From NCBI GenBank assembly GCA_002189035.1, contig CM007992.1, positions 3,286,001 to 3,350,000 of the forward strand: 64,000 nucleotides of DNA, read 5' to 3'. Positions 50,730 to 62,904 of this stretch are shown in pieces. The position numbers and the translations under genes are program-made. The DNA comes from Utricularia gibba (Eukaryota > Plantae > Magnoliophyta). Position 1 is the stretch's first letter, and every line of letters starts with the position of its first letter. The notes beneath the pieces were generated by a model. That model saw nothing but the letters and a program-made list of their open reading frames with translations, was not told the origin of the DNA and ran no database searches.

Positions 50730-52508
50730 ATGGGTCTTTCGATTAAGCCCCCATTAATATTTACAGGTACTGATTACACGCTCAGAGTTCGGACGTCTGG
50801 TTCCAAGATTTGTTGCACTCAGAGGAAGAAACCTGAGAACATGATGAAGGAATTTCCCAGGCCCGACAGGGCTCAGCTGCTGAACCCTAGTGTCATTAGG
50901 CTGGATGAAGAACCGGCGTCGCTTATCAGAAATTCAATGAAAAAGAACTTCTTTTTTGAGGGGAAGAGTGGGTTTCTGGAAGTACAAGATAAAGCTATGG
51001 CGGTTCTATGCGGTTTTGGTTATTATGTTAATGGGCTGAGGGGATTTCCGTGGCTTGCACTGAACTATCATATGTCACATAATCTTTGCATGCATCCATC
51101 CACACTACAGCTTATACAACACACTGGTAATTTACCGATGGTGGCGAAACCACTCTATGGAATTTTGTCTGATGCTATATACTTCGGCGGTGGCAGGCGA
51201 ATACCTTATATTTCCATTGGAGGTAAATCCATGAATTTCTTATACAGCAATGCTACATATGCAAACTGAGCATTTTGATCATATCTAATTGCAGCATTTC
51301 GATGTGCCAATAGTATGTAGATGCCTTTTACATTTGCTTAATGGCCTTTTACAGTTTTTCTGCAGGTGCTGTCCTGGGGATCATTGGCATTGATCCCAAA
51401 TGCAAGTGAAGCTCGCACTGTGCTTCTGGGATGTGTTCTAATGAGTAATCTCGGCGCATCCATTTCTGAAGTAGCCATGGATGCACTCACTGCAGAATAT
51501 GGCCAGAAGAACAAAATCCCTGGGCTACAGTCCTACGCTTTTATGGCCTCGGCATTTGGTGGGATTCTTGGAAATTTAGTTGGAGGTTTTTTCTTGCTGA
51601 AAACCCAACAAACCACGTCAATGTTCCTGATGTTTGCTTTTATACTCACACTTCAGCTGACATTGTCATTAAGAACGAGGGAAGAATCTCTTGGCTTATA
51701 CTCCCCACAGAACTATCCTCTTCCAAGGGAATCTATTCCGAAGAAGATCATGAAACAGTACTCGAACCTTTTAATCGCAATAAGGGAAGAAGGCATATCG
51801 CTCCCACTTATCTGGGTCGTTTCATCTATTTTAGTAATCCCAGTCTTGTCAGGTTCATTGTTTTGCTACCAAACTCAGTGCTTGAATCTCACTCCTTCCA
51901 TTATTGGGCTCTCAAAAGTGACAGGGCAAATGTTGCTTTTCTCATTCACCATACTCTACAATCTGTTTTGGAAGCCTATTCCACTGAGAAAGTTAGCCCA
52001 CAATCTTCAGTTGCTGTATGCGTTCTCTCTTCTTCTAGATCTACTACTTGTTAAGCAGTTAAATGTTCGAGTTGGAATCCCAAATGAAGTTTTCGCTCTC
52101 TGCTTTTCGGGTTTAGCCGAGACAATTGCACAGTTCAAGCTCTTGCCTTTTTATGTATATTTTGCAAGTTTAGCTCCACCAGGCAGCGAAGCGTCTTTGA
52201 TGTCCTTCTTAGCTTCCACCTTGTGCCTATCATCCATATTGAGTGGTTTCCTAGGTGTTGCATTGGCTTCATTCCTTGGCATAACATATGGTGATTATTC
52301 AAAGCTCCCCTTTGGAATCGCAGTACAGTTTGTTGCTGCTTTGCTACCCATCCTGTGGATCAACTGTGTGCCAATGTCTCAGGGCGTGCCTGAGAAGGCT
52401 CGAAGGATTGGTAGAAGCAAAAGAAGCAGGCGGTATAGAAGAATTGGAAGAATCGTTTTCGATTCCGTACAGTCTTATCGCCGGGAAAGAGAGTCTGACC
52501 TTGAATGA
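50730..52508 (+). CDS. Folate-biopterin transporter family (BT1/MFS) protein, probably plastidic, 2 exons
   Basis: Exons 50730-51222 and 51355-52508 join as ISIG|VFLQVLSWG. Motifs GFPWLALNYHM, NLPMVAKPLYGILSD, SNLGASISEVAMDAL and QFKLLPF; multiple TM segments. Confidence 0.88.
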
Positions 52509-53270
52509 TCAGTCAAGATTCTGGGCTCTCGAAGCTTATAAAGAGAACCAAAAGCCAACTGCTGGTTCTGACCTTGAAAGACACTGATGCAGAGGAGAAC
52601 AATGCTCCTGGTCTTCTGTTCACTGAATATACCAGACACTGGCAGAGCTGAGCTACTCCTGTATGAGGATTCATCCTCGTCCCATTTCTGCTAACAAAGC
52701 AATACTCCTAAAAAGAGACATGGGATGGCGGCGGTGGGGGGTAAGATCTGAGCGTTGATGTTTGTTAGCCTCACTGTACAATAAAGTTAGTGTAGCATAT
52801 GCCAGTGTGCTCATCAAGGATCACCGGCATTTTCCAGCGACTATAATGAATTCTGTTTTTATGTTTTCCTCATCCTGAATGCAAAAGTTTGATGATTTTT
52901 GGAGATATTTGTATCTAAAGTTGGCTTGATGCGATTCGGTATGGAATAAAAATATGAAAACTGCGAACTATGAAGTTCATGTTATAATGAAATGTGTTTT
53001 GCTGCTGCGGAACCGTGAAGCATGGTAAGAAAGTAAAATAAGAAAGAAGAACGACGTGCCGGAATCTGATTGGTGAAGCAGTCGGAGTGACGCCACCCCG
53101 GATTCTGAAAATGTGAAACGGGTATTTTGACTTTGAGGCTTGAGCACTCCGGAAAAAGGGGGAACAAAAAAAAAAAAGGAACTGGTGTGAAGGAACCTGA
53201 TTCGAGAAGCAGCCGGTCCTCAAATTCCGGCGCATCGTCGATAGGGCACGGTGTTTCTAGTTCGGGCGAA

Positions 53271-54453
53271 ATGGAGGAACACACTACTCTGAAGAAGTTG
53301 GCGGAGGCGTTCAAAGAATTGGCGAGCATTATTGATCAATGTCCCCAAGGAGAAGAGCCCCGGATCGAACTGGGGCAGTTCGCCGGCGCCTGCTCTCTCC
53401 TCTCTCCTCTTTTTCGTTGCCTTGGGATCGCCTTCAAGTTCGCAGAGCTCGATTATGTTGCCAAAGTAATCATTTTATGCTTCTCGGATGAAATCTGTTG
53501 TGGGTGCTCGTGAAATTTGATTGAAAATGATCGAGATGGGTCAAGAATGAATCTTTCTTCTTATTTGGCACAAGAATCTGGACCAGCAAAACGGGAGATG
53601 ATTGATTCACTGTATTTTTATCTGCCGAACTACCTTTGCAGAACTCTTGAAAGTTCACCTCGAACTATATGCTTCGCTTCTTTATTTGCTATGTTTATAG
53701 TCATTCTGACTTCTGAGGTTTGTGCTGCGCTCCATGATAAAGCATTCTTATGGTATGCTTCTATAAAACTTGACATCAGGTAGCCGATCTAGCAGAGGCA
53801 TCAAGATCAATCTCCAATCTCTCAGTGATGATCAATTCGGATGTCGAAGCGAATTGCGTTAGGAAGGCAGGGAGTCATACAAGAAACCTGCTTAGAGTGA
53901 AGCGTGGGCTTGACATGGTTAAGGTGCTGTTTGAGCATATTATCTCTTCACAGTAAGTCTTCAAGAACCTGCAACTCCCTTAAGTTTAAACAGTTACTTA
54001 TCTTGAAAATAATGTTTAGGATCTGCTATTTTCATGAAATGCAGTTACTCTGCATCTGATAAATCAAACTAATCTGAGAATGGTGTTCAAAACTTTTGGA
54101 TAACCAGGGAAAATTCTTTAAGAGATCCTGCTTCAAAAGCTTATGCTCAAGTGTTCGCGCCATACCATGGATGGGCCATCAGGAAGGCTGTGGCTGCAGG
54201 AATGTATGCCCTTCCCACCAAGGCGCAGCTGTTGAATAAGCTTAATGAGGATGGTAAGTTTTGTGAGATAAAAAAGTGGCATTTGACAGTTTTTTTGCGA
54301 CTACATTCAAGAATACTTATGGTTGTTGATACTCTTGATTCTCCAGAAGCATCAGCCATGATTCAGATGCAGAGCTACATAACCTCCTGTAACCCAGTGA
54401 TCAAATACATTGACCAGCTTTTTCTTTCTAGAGAACTGGGGACTGATTGGTGA
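53271..54453 (+). CDS. ACD11: ACCELERATED CELL DEATH 11-like ceramide-1-phosphate transfer protein (GLTP fold), 4 exons
   Basis: Exons 53271-53465, 53780-53952, 54108-54253 and 54347-54453. Motifs CLGIAFKFAELDYVAKV, GSHTRNLLRVKRGLDMV, FAPYHGWAIRKAV and LFLSRELGTDW. The C1P headgroup-binding D/K/R/R/H residues are present. Confidence 0.93.
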
Positions 54454-54608
54454 TGGTGAATTCTTAGATTCATATGCCAGTTTGAGTTCTGGATGCCTCT
54501 CTTAGATTTCTTCTTGAATTCCATGTAACTTCTATTGCCAAGACAAGGGCTTGTGTTCAATGCAGTACACATTCAAAAAATTTCAATAAATCATAGGTTG
54601 CTTGCTGC

Positions 54609-55573
54609 TCATCGTCCATTACTCATCGATGATCGTAGCCGAGCTCGCTCCATCTTCCGCTTTCGCCATTCCTCGAGAGCTGACACCAGTCTCACCCTTG
54701 AAATCATCCATATTCCTACAAAAAGATACATGAAAAGAGAAGGAAGCTTGCCTTTTGTGCTGCCCAGATTGGAATAAGAACGCAAGTCATTCAGCCTGGA
54801 CACGAGGTTTCCTGCAGTAAGCTGCTTAACATCATTTTCCTGAACTTGTTCCTCTTTGACATACACTTGTTCTCTGATTTCTCTTACCTGAACAAAACCA
54901 TACAGTACACAAGATCATCACCGCGAACTCAAAGGCCTGAAAAATCAATCGACTGATGGTACTCTTTTGATTAGATCCACTGGAATCATGGAGCGCCTAA
55001 TGTCTTCTGATTCCTTTATATGCCTGTAAAGAGCTGCACAATATGCGGGAAACCATTATCAGATCTTCAATGCTGCATCTCTAGAAGCACAGCTACCAAA
55101 AGGGGTTTATTTTCCCCAACAGTAACACATGAAAAACAGCAGCAGAAAGGGGATAACCAGGAGTCGTCTCTAAACAGCTAGGATTGAAACGAGACAAATG
55201 TTATTTCCACAAGTGAAAAGGACCGATCAACAAAGAGTAGATTGCCGAGAAACCCACCACTAAATCGCACATGAACACATGAAAAACAGTATAAGAAAGG
55301 GGATAGATAACCAGGAACCGATTCTAAACAACTAGCATTGAAACTAGACAAATGTGCTTTCCATAATTGAAAAGGACCGATCAAGAAAGAGTAGATTGAC
55401 AGGGGAATCAGACCTTGATGAGACGTGGAGCGGAACAAGCATCGGAGAAGGATGAGCGCCGTGATTAGGTTGATTGAGCAGACAATCAGGGTCAAATTCT
55501 TGTAGGACAAACGCCATCTCCCGGTGCCGCTCCTCCACCATTGCTGCTGCTGATGATGCTGTAAACCCTCCAT
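54609..55573 (-). CDS. Uncharacterised plant protein, about 145 aa, N-terminal TM helix plus coiled C-terminus, 4 exons
   Basis: Exons 55573-55414, 55033-54963, 54887-54752 and 54679-54609 join in frame: MEGLQHH...NLTLIVCSINLITALILL...HIKESEDIRRSMIPVDLIKRVREI...ALEEWRKRKMERARL. The last intron uses a GC donor. Confidence 0.75.
55124..55398. repeat. Imperfect tandem duplication (period about 150 nt) in intron 1 of the uncharacterised gene
   Basis: 55124-55244 and 55274-55398 both read AACACATGAAAAACAG...AGAAAGGGGATA..CCAGGA...CTAAACA.CTAG.ATTGAAAC.AGACAAATGT...GAAAAGGACCGATCAA.AAAGAGTAGATTG. Confidence 0.9.
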
Positions 55574-57050
55574 CTTCCTCGCTGAGTCAATAGAAGGAAC
55601 AACTTGCACTGCTCGGCGCTCCACCGATGGCTACCTGAGCTGAGATTGCAGGAATAGGTTCCGGTGCGTTAAAAATTTCAAAGCTTCGATTTTGGGAAAG
55701 GAATAAAATTTTATTAAAGTTAAATGTTATTTTTAATTTTTAATATAATATTTTTGTGTTGTATCTACTAAAAAAAATTATTTTATCATAAATTTAAAAT
55801 ATTAGGTATATGATATCTGAGTTATTACAAATAATTTCTAATTATATTTTGGAAAATTGTATAAGAAATTTGATAATTAAATTTGTACTTAAAAATAAAA
55901 AATTTTAACTTATTTTACTTTTGAATCAAAAAATTTTCTAACCCTATATCCTTTCCAAGTTTAATTTTGAATACAAAATTATGGATAGAAAAGGGTTACA
56001 CGATACTTAAAATGGTAAGTGAATAAACTTCACTCTTCAAATATAAAAATATAATATACATCTTTAAATAAAATCACATAATCCCTTATCTTCATTTAAA
56101 ATCAAATTTTGATTTATAATCTATTTATAGATAGGATAATAAATCTATTATATAAAATATATTTAAATTGAAAAAACTAAATATATAAAAAATATGAATT
56201 ATTAGTAAATGATTAAATCTATTCTTTTCAAAATATGATTTATATTTCTTATTTTTTTAATTTTTATGCATAATTTCAATAATATTCAAAAAGGCTCCAA
56301 CACACACAATACTTTTATGCAAAATCTTATAATCTAAATGAAGAATTTTCATAGAACCTTACAAAAAAAATTCTAATTTTTAATTCAATAAATTAATCTT
56401 GTATTTTCACTTTGGTATAATAATAAAACTATACTAATCAAATCAAATATATTGAAATTATTAATTTTATTTACATCAACCAAATCAAACAGAATTTATT
56501 GAAAATATCATGTCTCTTGCGTTTGATGGGAGGTTAAAAATGGAAACTTTCTAGATGGGAACTTTCTAGATTGATCCTCCTCAGCATCTGTTTTTATCCA
56601 TTTGTGAAGCCTGTTTTGGGGTGTTGCAACTTCCCAAAATAGAAAAGAACTTCCAAAAATAAACACAGGTTCTTCACTTTTGGCAAACTTCAATCAGAAT
56701 CTGCTTCGTTCCATTTCTGTATTCGATGACAATAAGAGATGGGCAACCAACCAAAATAGCAAAGATGTCTATAAGTGTCTGATATCGTCCTTACCGAAGA
56801 TGTAGAGAGCCACAGTTCCTCATAGTCGTAAATGATGCTCCTCAACGCCTTCTTAAAGACACCTGATACGCCCCAGTGAGCAGTCAGTGCACACCAAAAG
56901 GAAGATGAGGGAAGCAATAGCAGTAACTGAAGAACCTGTCACTCACCATTTCCAAACTTATCCAAGTAACTGTTCATCAGGGCTGCCTTGTCGCTCTCAT
57001 CATCCCCACATTCTCGGAGGCTTCCTGAGTTCACAGTAGAAAAGGAGTTG

Positions 57051-59678
57051 TTAGTGAGATACGGGAGTTGCATGGTGGTGAATGTGGGTGGTTTTACCAA
57101 GGACCGGGATGAATTCCACTTGAAAGAGGTCGTTTCCCATGTCCTCCTGTTCTTCGAGTATCTGCATGGCCCAATCCATGATTGCTTTCTGGTGATCTGT
57201 GAGTGTGATTGATTCCAGATCTTGTATACCTCCGAAGCCGTCTGGAAGTTCGGTGAGGAAGGGGCATCCCAAGAGGGAGAGCTTCCTGAGTCTTGGAAAG
57301 GGATCACTGCTTTCATTCCTCCAGCTTGCCCAGAGTTCACAAGAAGCCATTTCAAGTACTCTGAGGTCTGGGAAGTCCCCTTCCTTGATCTCCCACGCGT
57401 CCCCGAACAAAAAATCCTCACTCACCTTAAGCACTTGCAGATTGGGCAATGGACCAATTGCTCTTGTCATATCCTCCCAGGATGCGGCCACGGCGCCTCC
57501 CCGAAGTTTCAGTACTTTCAGACTGGATGGGAAAGTCACGCTGTTCATCTGTGGAAGTTCCATGGGCAAAACTAAGCCTCTTGGTTGTCCGTAGTACCAA
57601 AATATTTTAAGTTTCTCAAGATGGGTGAGATGGCAGAGGTTTTGGAAGTCATATTCAGACCAAAACTCCTGAGTGTGAGCAATGTCATAGCAGAGATCCA
57701 GTGTTTTCAGATTTGGAAACAGTTTCACCATCACTTCTTCAAATTTGAAGTTCCTAACAATGTCGAGAGACGAAAAGTTTTCAAGAGGACAGGTTTCACA
57801 TGTTGGACTGGGCAGGTATGATGCAGGAGCGAAGTCTATTCTTCTTAACTTGGGAATCTTCCAGATTTCCACAGGGAGAATGTGAGATTTGAACTTGCGA
57901 TATCTCACCCCACCGACCCAAATGGCCAACGTCTCAAGATTCTCCAGTTTATGTATCTCCTGCGGAATCTGCAAGCCACACTCCTGTGAAGAGGTCAGTG
58001 TTAAGTGCCTTAGATGACACAGTTTAAGCAGCTCTTGTGGGAACTTTTCAACCACCATAGATCGTGTATGCAATATCCTGAGACGCCCACACCTCTGAAA
58101 CTCAGGCAGCAAATCCCTGTTGTTCTCACCGTAGCAGATTACAGTGCGAAGATAGGGCTGTTTAGCACTCACAAACTGACTCGATTCCCCTGCAAAGAAA
58201 CTAGCCCTGCGTGAAGTGCTCATCTCTGCAATGCTGTTATTATGTTTCCTCTGAAGGAACTTCTCTTCATGAGCTATCTTATGGCTCAAGTCCCTTAGGA
58301 GATCGTGGACTGTGAAACTTTTAGTTTGGCCATTGAATCCCTTGCCAGTGGAGATTATGAGATTTCTCTTGAGGAGTTCCTCCACACATTCATAAGCTGT
58401 TTGTTCAATATCCATGGATGAGTTTTTCCCCCTGAGGAATCCTTCTGCTACCCAGCAAGTTAAAAGCCATTTAACACGAAAGTCAAAGCTCTTTGGATAA
58501 ACACTCAAGTACAGAAAGCATGGTCTCAGATAATGAGGTAGGTGCTGATAACTCAACGCAAAAATCTTCAAGATGTGATCATCACTTGATTCAATAGCTT
58601 CAGTTACGTCTTCTGCTATCTTCTCCCATGAATCTCTACTCTGATTCATGTTCACAAGAATACCAGCAATGACAACAATGGCGAGAGGAAGCCCACTACA
58701 TCCCTTTGCTATCCTCTTGCCGACCTCTTCTAGCTCCGGAGGGCAATGGCTATCTCCAAACACCTTGTACTCGAGCATACTCCAGCTCTTCTCCATGTCC
58801 ATGAGCTGCAGTTGGTAGATGGAACTGGATTGCTTAGTATAAAGTGCCACATCTTGGAGGCGTGTAGTCAACAGTATCCTGCTTCTGTTCCTGTCATCTC
58901 GTAGGCGTGACTGCACTTCATCCCATGCACTCAAATCCCATATATCATCGAGGACGATGAGATATCTCTTACCATACAAGAGATGGTTAACTTGGACGCC
59001 TAAATCTCTAATGCTGACATCCATGTCTTCTGATGGATTCTCAACTCCTAATATGGCCAAGAGAATGGCTTTGACATTGTAGCTCTGAGAAACTGCAACC
59101 CACCTGCAAAGATCAAAGTGTCTGTGCATCCCTTTACTATCAAACATAGAATAAACAGCTCTGGCTAGAGCAGTTTTCCCTATTCCGCCCATGCCAACCA
59201 CAGGTATAGTGCGCAGTTCAGAAGAATGATCAACAAGGCGATTAATGATTTCTGTGAAGTGATCTTCAAAACCGATAAGCTTGTCGTGGGTTTGATCAGG
59301 AGGAGGAGGTTGATCTTCAGTACCATCTATCTCCACCTCCCTCCTCATTTCATCCACAACAGAGTCGATGATTTCAACCACCTTGTTCATTTCAAGGAAG
59401 AAAGCTTGCTTTTCATTCAAGGTGATCCCTTCATTCCAAACTGTTTCTGAGATGTAGTCCTCGATGATTGACTCGGCTTCGTTTGCGGCGTCGTGGATCT
59501 TTGATTCCCACTTGGAAACTTTCCGAGGAGAACTATCGAACACCTCCTGTAAGAAGATGAGATTTTGCTGGAGAGATTGAAGGATCTTACCATGATGATC
59601 TCGAATCTGATATTGATTCCTTTGGATGAAATCTTTTAGGGTTTGCCCAAGAGAAATCAAAACAGCATAAGCCGCCAT
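57051..59678 (-). CDS. CC-NB-ARC-LRR resistance protein (R1/RPP13-like CNL), single coding exon, 875 aa
   Basis: N-terminus MAAYAVLISL, EDVID-like AESIIEDYI, P-loop GMGGIGKT, kinase-2 RYLIVLDDIW, RNBS-B SRILLTTR, GLPLAI, RNBS-D CFLYLSVYP, MHD variant VHDLLRD, and C-terminal LRRs. Confidence 0.95.
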   Translation of the reverse strand: MAAYAVLISLGQTLKDFIQRNQYQIRDHHGKILQSLQQNLIFLQEVFDSSPRKVSKWESKIHDAANEAESIIEDYISETVWNEGITLNEKQAFFLEMNKVVEIIDSVVDEMRREVEIDGTEDQPPPPDQTHDKLIGFEDHFTEIINRLVDHSSELRTIPVVGMGGIGKTALARAVYSMFDSKGMHRHFDLCRWVAVSQSYNVKAILLAILGVENPSEDMDVSIRDLGVQVNHLLYGKRYLIVLDDIWDLSAWDEVQSRLRDDRNRSRILLTTRLQDVALYTKQSSSIYQLQLMDMEKSWSMLEYKVFGDSHCPPELEEVGKRIAKGCSGLPLAIVVIAGILVNMNQSRDSWEKIAEDVTEAIESSDDHILKIFALSYQHLPHYLRPCFLYLSVYPKSFDFRVKWLLTCWVAEGFLRGKNSSMDIEQTAYECVEELLKRNLIISTGKGFNGQTKSFTVHDLLRDLSHKIAHEEKFLQRKHNNSIAEMSTSRRASFFAGESSQFVSAKQPYLRTVICYGENNRDLLPEFQRCGRLRILHTRSMVVEKFPQELLKLCHLRHLTLTSSQECGLQIPQEIHKLENLETLAIWVGGVRYRKFKSHILPVEIWKIPKLRRIDFAPASYLPSPTCETCPLENFSSLDIVRNFKFEEVMVKLFPNLKTLDLCYDIAHTQEFWSEYDFQNLCHLTHLEKLKIFWYYGQPRGLVLPMELPQMNSVTFPSSLKVLKLRGGAVAASWEDMTRAIGPLPNLQVLKVSEDFLFGDAWEIKEGDFPDLRVLEMASCELWASWRNESSDPFPRLRKLSLLGCPFLTELPDGFGGIQDLESITLTDHQKAIMDWAMQILEEQEDMGNDLFQVEFIPVLGKTTHIHHHATPVSH

Positions 59679-60279
59679 ATTCGAACCAACTTCTAGTAAG
59701 TTCCTACCAGAAAGAACAATGCCATCATCAGTTTTTCTGATAAACAGCTACAAATACAAGGAGCTCGTAAAGAAAAACCTGGCCCTGGTTCTGGAATCCT
59801 GAACTCGGAATCCAATGTCGACAAAACGTGCTGGTAGTGGAGACTGGTCGGCTGAATCAGGGACCGGCCATCGTCGACACTGCTGACTTTTCTCGCGAAT
59901 CCAGACTTTTCACACCACAATGTGCATCTCCCATGTGTTCGAAGTTTTGCAAGGGATTACGTGTGGACGAACTCTTGAGTTGCCATGACAAGAACCATCA
60001 CATGATTCACCAAAACTGAGAACAATGATTCCCAGGCAAGGGAAAGGGGGCAAAAAAGTGAAGCCACATGGCAAATGGGACAAGAAAAAATCAAGTGCAG
60101 TGTGGGTGGAGTAGTCCCAAATCCTTGCTGTTCTTACATAAATCAGTTGACTCGCATCCTCTGGTAATCAAAATCAGACAACCACCTACGTTATCTTCTT
60201 CAGTCAGCTGTTTCCAAGTGGGCAGATGTTTTACAGCTGTGGTTTTCTAGTGTGTCTGTGCTACTAGCTTCAACTGCCC

Positions 60280-61407
60280 TCAGTAATCTGCACGTTTTTT
60301 TCAAACAAAGCAAGATTTGAGTTCCGATGCTTTTCAGAAACCACAAACAAATCAAATTACCATCTTTTTGCTTCATCAATCCTCTTGCAAACAACAAGCA
60401 AATTACAAGGAACCCAACTCCTGCTCCTTCTAGTATTATAGCCACAGTTCTTCCTGTATTTGACCCTAACCCAGACCCTGCCCCTGTTTTCATCAAAACG
60501 GGTCCTTCTTCCAAGTTCAATAAAGAATACTAGATTTTGGACCACATGATATTATACGGCCAAATCATAGACATTAAGCAAGCAGAGTAGCATTAATAGC
60601 ATTAATATGCCTTATGAAAAGGCCGAAGAAGAGTAAGAAGAAAAAGATGGAGAAGATGGTGTTGATGATGACGAAGAAGATGAAGATGGGTCTACCAGGA
60701 ACTCCATTTGGGTAGTAACTGTAACTAATGAAGCATTTTTGAAGATAGACCTAAGCAGAAGCTGAGCTCCCACACCTGAGCTCTTTGAACAGCAGTTTTC
60801 ACACACTCCAAAATCAAAGATTCCAACAACATTTTCACATTGCCCCATGGCATAAATGGATTGGTAGCTTGAAGCATAGAAACCACTGATACCACTGCTA
60901 CTCATCCCATTTCAAGAGAAGACAGCTGTGTCTCTTCTCTCCTCAAACCCTACTCCTCCCACATTTTTCCCACTACAGATATTGTAAGCATCTCCATCCC
61001 AGAAATCTGAGGAAACCCTGAAATCTCATAAAGCATATAGCAACACAAAAGCCGAACTCTTGCCGCCATAGGCTTTGTTTATAATTATTGGTAACCTACT
61101 CACACAGTTATAGCATTCAACATTAGAAATGTCACCACTGCATTGAAAAAGGCCGCTTATTGTGGTCTGCCCACTCCCGGCATTCGCCTTGAAAAACCTC
61201 ACCGTTGACGACTGTGAAATGAGAGTCCCAAACACACACGCCAGCCCCTGGGAATAAACCCCCGTTGGATCTGATAAACTCTGTTTTGCGCATCCTTCAT
61301 ACACCAAAGTAGTGTACTCTGTCGCAGAATACGAAATGGGGTGACCTGAAAAACAGCGAAAATTGCTAGACAACGAAGAAGATATGATAACAAGAGAGGA
61401 AGCCCAT
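60280..61407 (-). pseudogene. Plasmodesmata-located protein (PDLP2/3-like, 2x DUF26 + TM), probably pseudogenised
   Basis: Signal peptide, YTTLVYEGCAKQ, GLFQCSGDISNVECYNCV, YEISGFPQISGMEML, YLQKCFISYSYYPNGVP, TM exon 60483-60361 (GRTVAIILEGAGVGFLVICLLFARGL) and terminal DY* at 60287-60280. Lesions include a deletion removing LCGK at about 61070, an in-frame TAG at 60751-53 and several indels. Confidence 0.8.
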
Positions 61408-61724
61408 TCTCAATCCCCTTGAGGATTCACGGCATATTTTATTTTTTCCTTTTCCCACCTGAAGATGGCTTTAGCCGTTTAGGGAACAAGACTTCATTGA
61501 ATGCCGGACCAGCCGGCAGGAATTCCTGGTTTCTAGTGGCTTTTAAACCAGAGAAGAAGAGCAACAGCAAAAAAAGGACGCACCTTTTCCCTTTTCCTCC
61601 ATTCCCCCACTCTACCAGGCACTGTAGTACGCAAATTCTTTTCCACAGAATCTTAACTCCTTTTTCCTTTTTTTTTCCAACTTAAAAAAAAGGTTTTTTC
61701 CGTACATCACAACCGTTATTTATT

Positions 61725-61775
61725 CCAATGGGCCTAATGTAAAAGCCCATAATACACGGTAAATGGGCCACTAAA
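61725..61775. promoter_or_regulatory. Cluster of site II (TGGGCC/GCCCA, TCP-type) motifs in the divergent PDLP/CCT intergenic region
   Basis: ATGGGCCT, AAGCCCAT and ATGGGCCAC within about 50 bp. Motif presence only. Confidence 0.4.
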
Positions 61776-62904
61776 AAATGCCTCCATTTTATTCACATGC
61801 AAAATACCATTACTAATAAAAGCAATAGCTACTGAAAATCCCGACAGTTACAATGTGTCATCAAATTCTGTTAAGTTCGTTACCGTACGGTAATTTCCTG
61901 TATTTCATTTCTTTTTTATTTAACCAAAAAAAAAAAAACTAAACCAACCAAAATTCCAAGTCATCCGGAATATCGCGCACGGCCGGCGCTTCAGGCCAAC
62001 TCCGAGGTATGCACAAATATCTCTATCCATGTCTGCCTTTCAAAAAAACAAAAAAACAAAAAAGAAAACCCTTTTTTGGTAACTATTTAATTATCCATGG
62101 CTCCATGCAAATGATTGCTCAGCCCTAAATCCAATCCCCACCACACGCTGCAAACACACATGGTCGTCGCCTTCCTTCACCACAGACCGAAGCTCCCTCC
62201 TCCTCCTCCGTCTCCTCCGGTGGTATGTTGTAGGATTGGTGATGGCGAGAGAAGGGTCGCCGCCATTGGATGAGATTCTGATGATGGTGAACCATCTGAT
62301 TCTTTGTGTGTGTGTTTGGTTCTGATTCTTGTGTTTCTCTATATCGTGTGTGTTCCTTGTTTGTGTTTGTCTCGCATCGCATCGGGTCGGGTCGGATCGG
62401 ATTGATTCATTTACGGGTTTTCGAGAGGTGCCCTTTTTTGTTGTTGAATGGATGAATAGGGTTTGAGCCTCGAATGTGTGTTTTCGGGGTGGAATGGATG
62501 GAATGTACGAGCATGTGAATCACGTTTTTTTTTCTTGAAGTATATGATATGATACACGTGAGAATAATGCGGTATTTATGTCATTGTAGTAAGGGGTGGG
62601 GGCATTTATGTCATTATGCAATTTAATTTTTAATAAAATGAATTATGCGTATTCATTTTAATATACGTAACATGTGTTCATTGTGCGACAATTGCCGGAT
62701 TTAGATGGATAGCATGCTGTAAATGGAGTGGGGTTAGAATGTGTTTTTACAATTCTACCCATGAGTCAACTGGGTGCGTGCATGTAATTAATTATTATTA
62801 AGCATGCTGTAAATGGAACATGTGTTCCGTACTCCCCGGCAAAATAGGAGCACGTGAGGTTTGGCATTCCGTACATCCCTGAAGTTTGGTTCACTTGTCC
62901 CTAG

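Noticed and set aside
58270-58310. NLR MHD motif changed to VHD as possible autoactivation
   Set aside because: Substitution at the first position (I/V/L-HD) is common in CNLs. The critical His and Asp are intact.
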